Below the pieces are notes generated by a model. That model had not been told where the DNA came from and made no database searches. It worked only from the letters and a program-made list of their open reading frames with translations. A stretch of DNA of 32,000 nt from Candidatus Thorarchaeota archaeon (lineage in GTDB: Archaea > Asgardarchaeota > Thorarchaeia > Thorarchaeales > Thorarchaeaceae), in NCBI GenBank assembly GCA_008080745.1, contig SHMX01000001.1, positions 360,001 through 392,000 on the forward strand. Reading direction: 5' to 3'. The translations under genes and the position numbers were made by a program. This document shows, piece after piece, positions 8,824 through 18,297 of the stretch; position 1 is the stretch's first letter; every line of letters starts with the position of its first letter.

Positions 8824-9894
8824 TTGACGTACAAAAATATCGCATTCATATCCCAAAAGAGACCCAACCAACATGTAGCACCTTTTCCGAGACCTCACCT
8901 TGAAGCCTTTGAATCCCCATTAAGAACTCAAATGGTTATGTACCATCTCAAAAGGATAGGGCTTTTGGATAAAATGAATCAAGTAGATGCACCTAAAGCA
9001 AACAGAACAGATGTATTGCTGGCACATTCCCCCTATTTGTTGGACACAGTTGAACTCTATGGAGATTTTGGAAGTGGGCATCTTGGAGAGTCAGCTTTTG
9101 CAAGTGCTGAAGTGTTTCGGGCGGGATTATATGCTGTAGGAGGTGCAATGCGAGCCTGTAAGATGGTCTTGGAGAAGAGGGCAGAACATGCATATTCTCT
9201 TCTCCGTCCGCCAGGACACCATGCCTCCACATCAACACCCACAGGTCTCTGTTTCTTCAACAACGTGGCCGTTGCAGTTCGATCGGCTATTGAAGCTGGG
9301 GTTGATAGGGTCTCAATAATTGATTTTGATGATCACTTTGGAAATGGAACCGCAGAGATTTTCTATTCAGATCCAAAAGTGCAATACATCTCTATTCATG
9401 AATATGATTATGAAAATCATGGAACCGGACATTTTTCTGAAATCGGTTATGCTGAAGGATTGGGGACCAACATCAATATTCCACTCCTAGATATGTCACC
9501 CGATATCTCCTATGACGCAGCATTTGAGAGGGTTATTATCCCAGCTATTGAACAGTTCAAACCAAAGATAATTGCGGTCTCAGCAGGATATGATCCACAC
9601 TGGGCAGATCCAGTCGGCAATATGGATATAGACTCCCGAACATTTTGGAAGATTGGAAAGATCATACGTGATTTGACTCAATCTATAGATGCCGTAGGTT
9701 CCTTCTGGGTATTAGAGGGAGGGTATAATCCTCTAGGCCTTGGACCTTGTGTTGAGGCAAGTCTTCGGGGTATTTCTGGAGATAAATGTCCAGATTTGCC
9801 GGACCAAATCGAAAGAGAGGTCCATGCGATGTTGGTGAGCCAGAATCAGAAAATTTTGGATAATGTTTACGAGATGTCAAGTCCACACTGGTAG
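8824..9894 (+). CDS. Zn-dependent histone deacetylase-family protein (AcuC/HDAC-like)
   Basis: RPPGHHA, GLCFFNNVAVA, DFDDHFGNGT, SIHE, NINIPL, SAGYD..ADPVG, LEGGY; catalytic His pair, Zn ligands and Tyr retained. Confidence 0.95.
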   Translation: MTYKNIAFISQKRPNQHVAPFPRPHLEAFESPLRTQMVMYHLKRIGLLDKMNQVDAPKANRTDVLLAHSPYLLDTVELYGDFGSGHLGESAFASAEVFRAGLYAVGGAMRACKMVLEKRAEHAYSLLRPPGHHASTSTPTGLCFFNNVAVAVRSAIEAGVDRVSIIDFDDHFGNGTAEIFYSDPKVQYISIHEYDYENHGTGHFSEIGYAEGLGTNINIPLLDMSPDISYDAAFERVIIPAIEQFKPKIIAVSAGYDPHWADPVGNMDIDSRTFWKIGKIIRDLTQSIDAVGSFWVLEGGYNPLGLGPCVEASLRGISGDKCPDLPDQIEREVHAMLVSQNQKILDNVYEMSSPHW

Positions 9895-9965
9895 CGTTCA
9901 GTTTTTCACTCGTGCTATAAACAAGATTAAAAGGTCCCCCAAGAAGCTCCACCCAACCCTACTAG

Positions 9966-10253
9966 ATGGTGAATAATTTGGGTAAAAAGAGAAAATCTGG
10001 TGGAAGAAGCAAAGGTAAATCCGGCAAAACCGGTAGCGTACAATGTTCAAAATGCGGTAGAATGGTACCCGCAGATAAAGCGAAAAAATATACCAAGCGA
10101 GTGTCTGTAGTAGATCCTCAACTTGCAAGAGAGCTAAGAGCTCAAGGAAGCTACATTCATACTCGTAAAATGACTCAGTACTATTGTATAAGCTGTGCTG
10201 TCCATTCTGGAAAGGTCCAGATTCGAGAAGCATCCAAGAGACGACGAAGATAG
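9966..10253 (+). CDS. rps26e: Small-subunit ribosomal protein eS26 (S26e)
   Basis: KKRKSGGRSKG..VQCSKCGRMVPADKAKK..YCISCAVH: the S26e Zn-finger pattern. Confidence 0.95.
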   Translation: MVNNLGKKRKSGGRSKGKSGKTGSVQCSKCGRMVPADKAKKYTKRVSVVDPQLARELRAQGSYIHTRKMTQYYCISCAVHSGKVQIREASKRRRR

Positions 10254-10328
10254 TTTGTGTTAAACCACAAGATGTTCGAACAACACACATTTGAACAGCA
10301 AAAGTACAACATTTAGCTGGTACTCCAA

Positions 10329-10916
10329 ATGTCACCATCACGAAAACTAAGATTCATTCAACTCCTTCCTAATTCTACCACCAAAGGAAACTTCATCTTG
10401 AAAGATTTGCCAGGCTCGGGGAAAAGAATAGATTTATTGTGTAGAGTGCTCTCAGCATGTTTCGACTGGGCGCCTGTCACCTGGAAACGTTCACACCTTG
10501 AGGTTATAGCTGTCATTCAAAATATGATGAGCCTTATATTCAAAGATCCGGGAGATCAAATGCCTTTGGGAGAGGTGGCCTGGGCAAAATTGATTCAGGA
10601 TGTATTGGAGGGAAAAAGGGTCCCCTTTATCACAAGATGGAATCAGGGATTAGAATATGTGATTGATACAGTTCAAGCTCAAGAAGGGAAAATATGGTTT
10701 CTCCATGAGGAGGGTAAACCACTTAAAGAAATTGATACTCTGAACGTGAGTGCGCAGAACAGTTTTATGCTAGGAGACCACATTGGATTCGATAGTAAAG
10801 CAAGTAGGTTAATCGAAAAAGCTGGAATTCAGCCAGTATCTCTTGGAAAAACAAGCTACCTGAGTAGTCATTGTACTGCGGCGGTTATATCGGAATTCGA
10901 AAGGAGGATAAATTAA
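10329..10916 (+). CDS. trmY: tRNA (pseudouridine-54-N1) methyltransferase, SPOUT family
   Basis: LKDLPGSGKRIDLLCR, LHEEG, FMLGDHIGF, VSLGKTSYLSSHC match the TrmY/DUF358 SPOUT motifs. Confidence 0.87.
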   Translation: MSPSRKLRFIQLLPNSTTKGNFILKDLPGSGKRIDLLCRVLSACFDWAPVTWKRSHLEVIAVIQNMMSLIFKDPGDQMPLGEVAWAKLIQDVLEGKRVPFITRWNQGLEYVIDTVQAQEGKIWFLHEEGKPLKEIDTLNVSAQNSFMLGDHIGFDSKASRLIEKAGIQPVSLGKTSYLSSHCTAAVISEFERRIN

Positions 10917-11263
10917 TGACTTCAGATATAGAAGAATTACCTAAAGCCATGCATCGTCTTGTGAAAAAGCTTACAAAAGAGATGCTCTGGATCTATATTC
11001 TCCGATTACTACAAGAAAGGCCACATTATGGATATGAGATCAAAGAACTCGTTACTAAGCGATTTGGATTCTCACCAGCAACCGTCAGTGGCTATGCAAT
11101 AATATATCGATTGGTAAAAGATGGGCTAATACAGGAACAGAAAGGAAGCGAGTCTACAAGAAAATATTATGAGATTACAGAAGAGGGTAGCCAAGCTATG
11201 AGGGAAGCAAAACGATTTCTCTCAAAAACTATGGAAACCGTGTTTGATCTTACTGAAATCTAA
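10916..11263 (+). CDS. PadR-family transcriptional regulator
   Basis: YILRLLQERPHYGYEI...YRLVKDGLI..RKYYEITEEG; ATG at 10916 overlaps the trmY stop (TAATG); track start 10871. Confidence 0.92.
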   Translation: MTSDIEELPKAMHRLVKKLTKEMLWIYILRLLQERPHYGYEIKELVTKRFGFSPATVSGYAIIYRLVKDGLIQEQKGSESTRKYYEITEEGSQAMREAKRFLSKTMETVFDLTEI

Positions 11264-12186
11264 AGTATCTTGACCTGATCCTGTAGCATATCGACACGTC
11301 TTTGAATCTCGGATTGCTTAATTGCTAGTGGAAATGACTCTTCCTTTTCAAGAATAATACTTGTCACACTCGTAGCAAAAAGACCACAAGACAGCAAATT
11401 ATCAGTTTCTAAAAGATGAGTGGAAAAAGACCCAAGAAAAACATCCCCAGCACACAAACTACAAACCACCTCAGTGGAGAAAGCTGGAATTTCCAGAAAC
11501 TCATTGCCATCGTATATTATGCACCCATCAGAACCCAGTGTTATAAGACTAATTTCTGCTCCCCATTCAACAAGGGTTTCAGCAGCAACAAAAGGGTCTT
11601 TTTCTCCAGTGAAAAGACTTGCCTCAACAGTATTTGCCTTGACTAAATCAGTTGAATTCAAGAGGCGACGAGCGTCAGAAGGCTCCCATGTGACATCGCT
11701 ATACCCCCGATGAGAGTGTTTTCTCAGAAAACCCTGAAGGTCGAGTAGAACAAAGGCATCTGTTGATGAGGATATCCACTCAGTAAGGTCTACATCAACT
11801 TCTTGTAGAACAGGACTAAGAACCATCGTTTTAGTGAGGAGAAACTCCTCCGGAATATCCCGAATACGTATACGACCACGATTGCCAACAATTTTGCCTT
11901 CGCAATGTCCTTCTTTTATGATATCTTGTTTTTTTATTTCAGTTTCAGGGTCTAGAAAAAAGTACTCGATTTGTGTATTCTCAATTAGAGAGAAGATATC
12001 ATTTCGTTCAGATTCCTCCACAGAGCTAATCATAACTAATCGAGATATCCCAAGTGTATCTGCGGTAAGACAGACGGTGAGACTTCCCCCAGCTAACTCA
12101 CTTTTCTTGATATCCGTTTGTGTATTGGAAATCTGGTTGTATAAGGGATTGCCAATTGACACTATATCATACAGAGGGAGATTCAT
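11260..12186 (-). CDS. PfkB/ribokinase-family kinase, myo-inositol-kinase-like subgroup
   Basis: AGGS.TV..TADTLG, DLQGFLR, VKANTVEA, ITLGSDG, anion-hole variant SLCAGDVFLG; ATG at 12186 (track start 12258 lies deep inside the upstream gene). Confidence 0.8.
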   Translation of the reverse strand: MNLPLYDIVSIGNPLYNQISNTQTDIKKSELAGGSLTVCLTADTLGISRLVMISSVEESERNDIFSLIENTQIEYFFLDPETEIKKQDIIKEGHCEGKIVGNRGRIRIRDIPEEFLLTKTMVLSPVLQEVDVDLTEWISSSTDAFVLLDLQGFLRKHSHRGYSDVTWEPSDARRLLNSTDLVKANTVEASLFTGEKDPFVAAETLVEWGAEISLITLGSDGCIIYDGNEFLEIPAFSTEVVCSLCAGDVFLGSFSTHLLETDNLLSCGLFATSVTSIILEKEESFPLAIKQSEIQRRVDMLQDQVKIL

Positions 12187-12910
12187 CTTGTTTTTCCGCC
12201 CCAATGATTCGATTAGCATAAGCCAATCTTTGTCCAACCGTGATATGTGAAAGAACACCTACTATCATGATGAAGAAGGTGAGAATATTGGTAATCTGTA
12301 GTGTGACAAAGAAATCGCGAATGACCAAAGGTAAGAATCCAAGAAAGTCCATCCAGATATTGTTTGCAGGTAATGCTAGTAGAAGGATGCCAGCAATTGT
12401 AAGAATGAGTTTTTCCTGTCTCTCAGCAATGCCAACGGCACAATTGTCCATTCCACCAACAGACTCAGCCTTAGCTCTTGAAAAACTAGCCATAATCATT
12501 CCAAACAAGGTAAAGAATCCCCAGAACCAATGAACGAACTTATCGCCCAGAGTAAAAGGCCACCAAGGGATAGAAACCGCACCAATTGGGCCCAGCATTA
12601 GACCGAGCATAAATAAGAACTCAGCATATCTATCAAGAGTATGATCGAAGGTTGCACCAAAGGGACTTGCAAGATTTGCAGCTCGTGCCACAGCCCCGTC
12701 AAACATATCCATAACAACAGTGAAAATCATAACTGCAAGACCAATTAGAAGTTCACCCATGAAGAAGAAATAGGTGCTAATCATTGCGACTAGAACTGTT
12801 AGACCTGTAATCATATTGGGAGTGATTCCAGTCTTTGCTAGTGTACGTCCTACAGGCATCATTACCTTTTGGTATCGTTCTCGCAGTTTTCCAAGCATGT
12901 TCATCACCAA
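12167..12910 (-). CDS. CDP-alcohol phosphatidyltransferase (archaetidylinositol-phosphate-synthase-like)
   Basis: TPNMIT and the signature DMFDGAVARAANLASPFGATFDHTLDRYAE, SFSRAKAES, GIAERQEKL; multiple TM helices. True start may be ATG 12904 or 12898 (after GGTGA). Confidence 0.9.
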   Translation of the reverse strand: MVMNMLGKLRERYQKVMMPVGRTLAKTGITPNMITGLTVLVAMISTYFFFMGELLIGLAVMIFTVVMDMFDGAVARAANLASPFGATFDHTLDRYAEFLFMLGLMLGPIGAVSIPWWPFTLGDKFVHWFWGFFTLFGMIMASFSRAKAESVGGMDNCAVGIAERQEKLILTIAGILLLALPANNIWMDFLGFLPLVIRDFFVTLQITNILTFFIMIVGVLSHITVGQRLAYANRIIGAEKQDESPSV

Positions 12911-12920
12911 ACTATGCGGC

Positions 12921-12943
12921 GAGGTCCCGCAATTGGGGACCTC
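12921..12943. other. GC-rich intergenic stem-loop between lysS and the CDP-alcohol transferase gene
   Basis: GAGGTCCC (12921-12928) is the exact reverse complement of GGGACCTC (12936-12943), 7-nt loop. Confidence 0.55.
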
Positions 12944-12964
12944 TAATAAACATGTTGAGTGGTT

Positions 12965-14638
12965 CTAAATTATACTCTCAATGCGTTTTGCAACCCATTT
13001 GGTACCAAGCATGTTCAGAAATGGTCCAATTCGTGGACCCGATTTGGATGAGATGAGTATCCGATAGAGGATGACAAATGCACGTCGGGTCTTGATACCA
13101 ACCTCTCTAGCTGATTCAAATATCGCTGATTGAAGTTCTTCATCATCAAGAGGAGGTCCCCTGAGAATACCTAATAGGATTTCGAGGAATTTCTTATCAT
13201 CCTCGGTAATAGTAGAAATGATTGAATCTGGTACTTTAGGAGGTACTGCAATCTTGTCTCGTTCGGATCCAAATTCAGATACCCAGCTAAGCGCTCGATC
13301 CAATCTTTTCCGTATATGAGCAAGAACATCGTCTGAAACCACAAGCGTTTCGTATTTCTTCTGCATGACCTCTATGCATTTCGCAATCACTGGCTCGGTG
13401 CCAATCACCTCTTCTAATTGAGAGATTGTTACTGCGAACTTGAACGGAAGCTTTGGTAGATATTCGTCACGAACAGGTCTTGACTCGCTGAGTGGATACA
13501 GAAGTCTTGCTAGCTCTTGCTCCTCCTCACTCACATCCTCTAAGCCATAATAGACTCGTTCAAATCGATCATAGTTATCCACCAAGTCCGGTACTCTTTC
13601 GGGTTGGATGTTAATTGTCCTTTGAAGATCTGTCTTAAGCATGAGGAATCGGTATAATTCAGGGGGTGCAATCTCAGTCCAGACCTTTGGACTGAACACT
13701 ATACCAGTAGAGGTCCCCATATCCCGACCGCCAATCATTACCCATTCATAGGGAACTTTAACCGGTCCAGGCCAATCAAAGATACGACGAGACACCTCAA
13801 GTCCTGTATCATAAGACCCCCCTTTGACTGAGTGATCTTTACCTGCGGGCTCACAGGTGACATCTAAGACATACCATTTTGCAGGCCAATCAATACGCCA
13901 AGTCAGTTTCACACGTACAGAATCGAGGGGGACAGATGCCTTGTGTCCACAGCCCGGACACTCGAAACTGATGTGATCAGTTTCAACGTCATAATCAGTG
14001 ACTCGATTTGGTTTTATGGCCCCTTTCGCGCCAGCTTGGAATTTCCCACATTCAGGACAGAGAACCGATGCGGGGTACCAATCTTTCATTGTTTCCAGAT
14101 ATTGTACTCGCTGTTCATCATTGAAGTCACTTGCTACATATTTGATCATTATCTCTCTGATTATTTCTGTTTCTTTGAGACATATTCGAACAGCTTCGAG
14201 CATCTCTGGGGTCTCATAGAGCTTACTTGTCCAGATAATTTCAGGATCAAGCCCAAAGTCTGGAAATGTTTGAATCAGCTCGTTAGCCCAATGCGCTCCA
14301 AAGCTATCACAACAACCGAACTCATCAGGAATGTCGCAATATGGCACACCCACCCACTCATCCAAAGAAAGAGATACACTTGGGGGAAATGCTCGAACTG
14401 GGTCATAATCATCAACTACGAATAGTGATCGAGACTTTTTGCCTAAGTCCTTGAGTTCTCGTTTGATGACATTAGATGTAATGAGTTCTCTAACAAACCC
14501 GATATGGATACTTCCACTAGGGCTCTTTCCAGTAGAGAGAACATACTCGTCTACATTGCGCGCTAGTACTTCATCTACAACGTCCTTAATCCAATGGATA
14601 TTGAACTCGTCGGCTTCTACTTCATTAGACATAGGCAA
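12965..14638 (-). CDS. lysS: Lysyl-tRNA synthetase, class I
   Basis: TGKSPSGSIHIG (HIGH), DDYD, CPECG/CPGCG Zn knuckles, KLTWRIDWPAKW, EPAGKDH..GGS, C-terminal GPRIGPF. Confidence 0.97.
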   Translation of the reverse strand: MPMSNEVEADEFNIHWIKDVVDEVLARNVDEYVLSTGKSPSGSIHIGFVRELITSNVIKRELKDLGKKSRSLFVVDDYDPVRAFPPSVSLSLDEWVGVPYCDIPDEFGCCDSFGAHWANELIQTFPDFGLDPEIIWTSKLYETPEMLEAVRICLKETEIIREIMIKYVASDFNDEQRVQYLETMKDWYPASVLCPECGKFQAGAKGAIKPNRVTDYDVETDHISFECPGCGHKASVPLDSVRVKLTWRIDWPAKWYVLDVTCEPAGKDHSVKGGSYDTGLEVSRRIFDWPGPVKVPYEWVMIGGRDMGTSTGIVFSPKVWTEIAPPELYRFLMLKTDLQRTINIQPERVPDLVDNYDRFERVYYGLEDVSEEEQELARLLYPLSESRPVRDEYLPKLPFKFAVTISQLEEVIGTEPVIAKCIEVMQKKYETLVVSDDVLAHIRKRLDRALSWVSEFGSERDKIAVPPKVPDSIISTITEDDKKFLEILLGILRGPPLDDEELQSAIFESAREVGIKTRRAFVILYRILISSKSGPRIGPFLNMLGTKWVAKRIESII

Positions 14639-14677
14639 ACCTCAATGGTCCGCCTATGATTTGTCTAATGAAATTAT

Positions 14678-16537
14678 CTATACATAAAATTCAGAGACCT
14701 TCAGTTCGTTTCTTCTCAAAAACAGGAAATAGACTGGCATGGCTGCTAATGTTACAATTACAATCAAACTAATCAGCATGACCGCAATGGATATTGGTAG
14801 AAACAGAGCTGAAGTCACAGCTGCCTCAGGTACAAGTAGATAGACACTAAAGAATATTGCACTTAGTACCCCGGGTAAACCTGCCTTAAGACCAACATCT
14901 ACACCCTCAGCAATCATTGTCTTCGCTATGAAACTAGCTTTCGCACCAATAGATTTCATAATCACATAGTCATTAAATCTGCCAAATACGGAAACAAGAA
15001 GGTAGTTAGCAAGACTAGCAAATGCACTAATTAGTGCTATAAGTGGCAAAGGCTGCAAGAGAGTCCATACCAGATTAATTGCTCTGATGTTTTCTTCTAG
15101 AATATTCTGCTGCAAAGTTATAGTTACACCATAACTTGCTGCAACAGATTCTATTTCATCGATAACTGTAGATGAATACTCCTCTAATTGTATCAGAGCC
15201 AAATTGGGACCTGAAAAATCCCAGAGGTCTTGCATTGTAGTGAGAGGCATCATTGCAAGCATCCCACCATTTAGTATGTCGAATGCAATACCAGCTATCT
15301 CCATGGACGCTCCTTTCACCCCTAAGCGCTGGATGAGTGGGTCCTCGTACAGGGTAGTTGCTAACTCTCCTCCAATCCATACTTGTTGAGGGTCACTTAC
15401 CTCTGCACCTTCAAAATACCAATCTGAGATGGTGTTCTCCCAATCGACACCTACAATCAAAGATGAGTTGGTACGATCTTTCCCTATTCGTTCATATTGT
15501 TCTAAGGTAGGATTCCAGATGATTGCAGGCCCCTCGTACACCCGCGTATACGCAATCATACGCTGTTCTACAACGCTAACACCATCAATGTCGGCAAGAT
15601 CTGCAAATAAGCTACTAGGCAATAGGTATTGATTATCTGTGAAATTGAATGTATCATCCACACGCTCACCAGAGAGGTCGTAAGCATCATAGTATACTTG
15701 CAGCAAGTCAGAGTTTCCAACTGCTATTACATTACTTCCCATGGCACGAGTGACGTACGCATTTGTAGTTGTACTGGTGATTCCTCCACCGACCCAGAGC
15801 AATGATGCTAATGAAAAACTCAGAAATAAGGATAACAATGTTCGACGAGACCCCTTTATTCTGCGTCCAGTTGCTTTTGTAGCCAACCGGAAGGGAAGGC
15901 CGAAAGTGTCCAGATATCCAACACGACGGACTTTCATTCCTACCTCTGGATTTAGAGCAGAAACCGGTGATTCATTTACTGTGTCGTAGATAGGTTTCTG
16001 AGCAGCAACATATCCCATGAAGAGATAGATTCCTGCTATTGCGCCTAATTGAATATATGGGAAGACAAAGGAGAATTCTGCACCGGTAATTACACTGGAC
16101 AGCCAAATCATACCAACAATGTATAATCCAAGTCCTACTGAGAGACCAATACCTATGCTGAGAAGAAGTAGAATGACAGCCTGAGCCATAAAATGGTCAA
16201 ACAGGGTATCCATAAGTGTACCGACAGCCTTCATTAATCCAATATCACGCCTACGGCTAACCATCTCTAAAGAGATTGTAGATGATACGACCACACCACC
16301 CAAAATCACAGCTAATAGGAGTGTACCCCAGATGAAGGTCTCAAAGAATACTCCAAAAGAGGAATTCAGACCTGTAGATGAAACAAAGACGGTAACATCA
16401 AGCAAAACACCTCCAAAAAGGAATAGGAAAGTGGTAGCCGCGATTACACTGGCCATTGAAAAGATGGTCAGGCCTGTTCGAAATGGTCGTCTTCGAAGGT
16501 CTTTTGAGGCGTAGTCTTGTTCAGACACCGGAAACAA
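14678..16537 (-). CDS. FtsX/MacB-like ABC transporter permease (two FtsX domains)
   Basis: KDLRRRPFRTGLT, EMVSRRRDIGLMKAVG, second repeat GRFNDYVIMKSIGA..IAEG; about 8 TM segments with an extracellular loop; overlaps the ATPase gene. Confidence 0.92.
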   Translation of the reverse strand: MFPVSEQDYASKDLRRRPFRTGLTIFSMASVIAATTFLFLFGGVLLDVTVFVSSTGLNSSFGVFFETFIWGTLLLAVILGGVVVSSTISLEMVSRRRDIGLMKAVGTLMDTLFDHFMAQAVILLLLSIGIGLSVGLGLYIVGMIWLSSVITGAEFSFVFPYIQLGAIAGIYLFMGYVAAQKPIYDTVNESPVSALNPEVGMKVRRVGYLDTFGLPFRLATKATGRRIKGSRRTLLSLFLSFSLASLLWVGGGITSTTTNAYVTRAMGSNVIAVGNSDLLQVYYDAYDLSGERVDDTFNFTDNQYLLPSSLFADLADIDGVSVVEQRMIAYTRVYEGPAIIWNPTLEQYERIGKDRTNSSLIVGVDWENTISDWYFEGAEVSDPQQVWIGGELATTLYEDPLIQRLGVKGASMEIAGIAFDILNGGMLAMMPLTTMQDLWDFSGPNLALIQLEEYSSTVIDEIESVAASYGVTITLQQNILEENIRAINLVWTLLQPLPLIALISAFASLANYLLVSVFGRFNDYVIMKSIGAKASFIAKTMIAEGVDVGLKAGLPGVLSAIFFSVYLLVPEAAVTSALFLPISIAVMLISLIVIVTLAAMPVYFLFLRRNELKVSEFYV

Positions 16538-17270
16538 CTCTCCCTTCGCGCATGACGAGATGGCGTATCTTTGGTAGTGTGATTATCTTCATATCATGGG
16601 TCATGACAATTACTGTCTTACCGACCTTATTGAGATCTAGGAGAATTTGACGGACTATCTCTGCACTCTCCTCATCCAAATTAGCAGTAGGTTCGTCAGC
16701 CAGTACGATAGCAGGATCGTTTGCCATAGCCCGTGCTATTGCAACTCGTTGTTGTTCACCAGAACTGAGTTGCCAAGGTAGATGATCAAGACGTTCTTCA
16801 AGACCGACTCCAGCTAACAAAGATGCTGCGTTCTTTTCTAGCTCGGACTTGGACTTATCAGAAATCTGCATCGGAAACATCACATTTTCAAGAGCAGTGA
16901 GCGTGGAGATTAAGTTGTAACTCTGGAAAATGAAACCAGTATTATTGAGTCTAAAAGTGGCTCGAAATGATTCATCATAATCAGCGATGGGCACATCCAA
17001 TATGTGCACCCGACCTTCTGTTGCATAGTCGATACAACCGATAATATTGAGCATCGTTGTCTTTCCAGATCCAGAGGGTCCGGATACAACCACATACTCA
17101 CCAGGCCGAATTTCCAAGTCGATATGATCTAGGGCAACTACTTCACGACGGCCTAGAGAATACTTTCTTGTAACCCCATTCATTCTTACAGCATACGCTA
17201 CCTGATCTAACCCTTCAAAATCCATCGATTCATCATAATCATCGGCACCCAGAATCATATCGTCGGACAT
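16521..17270 (-). CDS. ABC transporter ATP-binding protein, LolD/MacB-type
   Basis: Walker [19 protein letters not shown], signature [14 protein letters not shown], Walker B VLADEPT, MTHD; ATG at 17270 after GGTG (track start 17318). Confidence 0.95.
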   Translation of the reverse strand: MSDDMILGADDYDESMDFEGLDQVAYAVRMNGVTRKYSLGRREVVALDHIDLEIRPGEYVVVSGPSGSGKTTMLNIIGCIDYATEGRVHILDVPIADYDESFRATFRLNNTGFIFQSYNLISTLTALENVMFPMQISDKSKSELEKNAASLLAGVGLEERLDHLPWQLSSGEQQRVAIARAMANDPAIVLADEPTANLDEESAEIVRQILLDLNKVGKTVIVMTHDMKIITLPKIRHLVMREGRVVSGV

Positions 17271-17388
17271 AATGACACCACTCTCATATCTAATTGAAAA
17301 GCTAAGTAAGAAATTCAATTAGACTAGTTTACGAGTCAGATTTTCTAAAAATAAAGGTAAAGGTGCAACAAAAGATGTACTAGAACAT

Positions 17389-18162
17389 CTATTGCACCAT
17401 TAAACCCAACGAATCTATTGATATCTGAGCCCATTCTGCTAATTGTACAGGTTTCTCTCTGCCAAAGACTCGAATGGTTTCAAAGACTTCTGCCTTGATC
17501 AAGCCAGATACATAATACGATACAAGGCTCTTATCGAGGTCAAGAGTTCTACTCAGGTCTGCCTGAGTAGTTCGACCGTTTTCAATGGTTTCGTGTACTA
17601 TAGAATGAGTTGTCGGATTTCTCAGTAGTGCTGTTAGCTCTAGTACCTTTTCATCATCTGAAAAATCAAGAGGATAGAAATGTTTTGAATTTCCCACCTT
17701 GAGGGATTTAATCATTCCAGCATCTTCTAAATTTTTTAAATGATATTGGAGTGCACCCATAGCGCAATCTAGAATTCTATGGAGACCTCTTAGATGAATT
17801 CCAGGATTCAGAGCAATTTCCTCAACTATCCGGTCACGTAATTTTGTAGAGCTTTTTTCTTCTCTACGATCCATTGAAACTGTACCCAGAATTAGTGTTG
17901 CTAAGCTGGTAGTGCTGAAGAATGAACAGAAATCACTCTCCAGTTGGACAGACGTAATCATGTCAGAGGGAGCAGTTGACAGGGTCAAGTTGTGGAGTGA
18001 GATGTTTCTGCTAGTCGCAGATGAAATCTCATTGACCACCATTGATTCTCCTCCCGCAGACATCTGGATAAGCATGGAAACTGAGAAACCAAACATCAAT
18101 GTGAACAGGAGAGAAGCCAACAATGTCTTCCTCATTCTAGTAGATAACATTCTCTTAACCAT
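17389..18162 (-). CDS. Membrane-anchored tandem winged-helix transcriptional regulator (COG3398-like)
   Basis: N-terminal hydrophobic segments, then RDRIVEEI..NPGIHLRGL..GALQYHLKNLE and a second HTH TTQADLSRTLDLDKSLVSYYVSGL. Confidence 0.8.
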   Translation of the reverse strand: MVKRMLSTRMRKTLLASLLFTLMFGFSVSMLIQMSAGGESMVVNEISSATSRNISLHNLTLSTAPSDMITSVQLESDFCSFFSTTSLATLILGTVSMDRREEKSSTKLRDRIVEEIALNPGIHLRGLHRILDCAMGALQYHLKNLEDAGMIKSLKVGNSKHFYPLDFSDDEKVLELTALLRNPTTHSIVHETIENGRTTQADLSRTLDLDKSLVSYYVSGLIKAEVFETIRVFGREKPVQLAEWAQISIDSLGLMVQ

Positions 18163-18297
18163 TCGATTCTTGATTTATTCCTAATTAAGCCCTATGTTTG
18201 ATGAAAACCTGTACTACAGATATATTGAGAGATTCAAACACATGACCAAAGATAAATAGTTACATTATGTAACTTAATCAGTTGGAGTGAGTTACCA

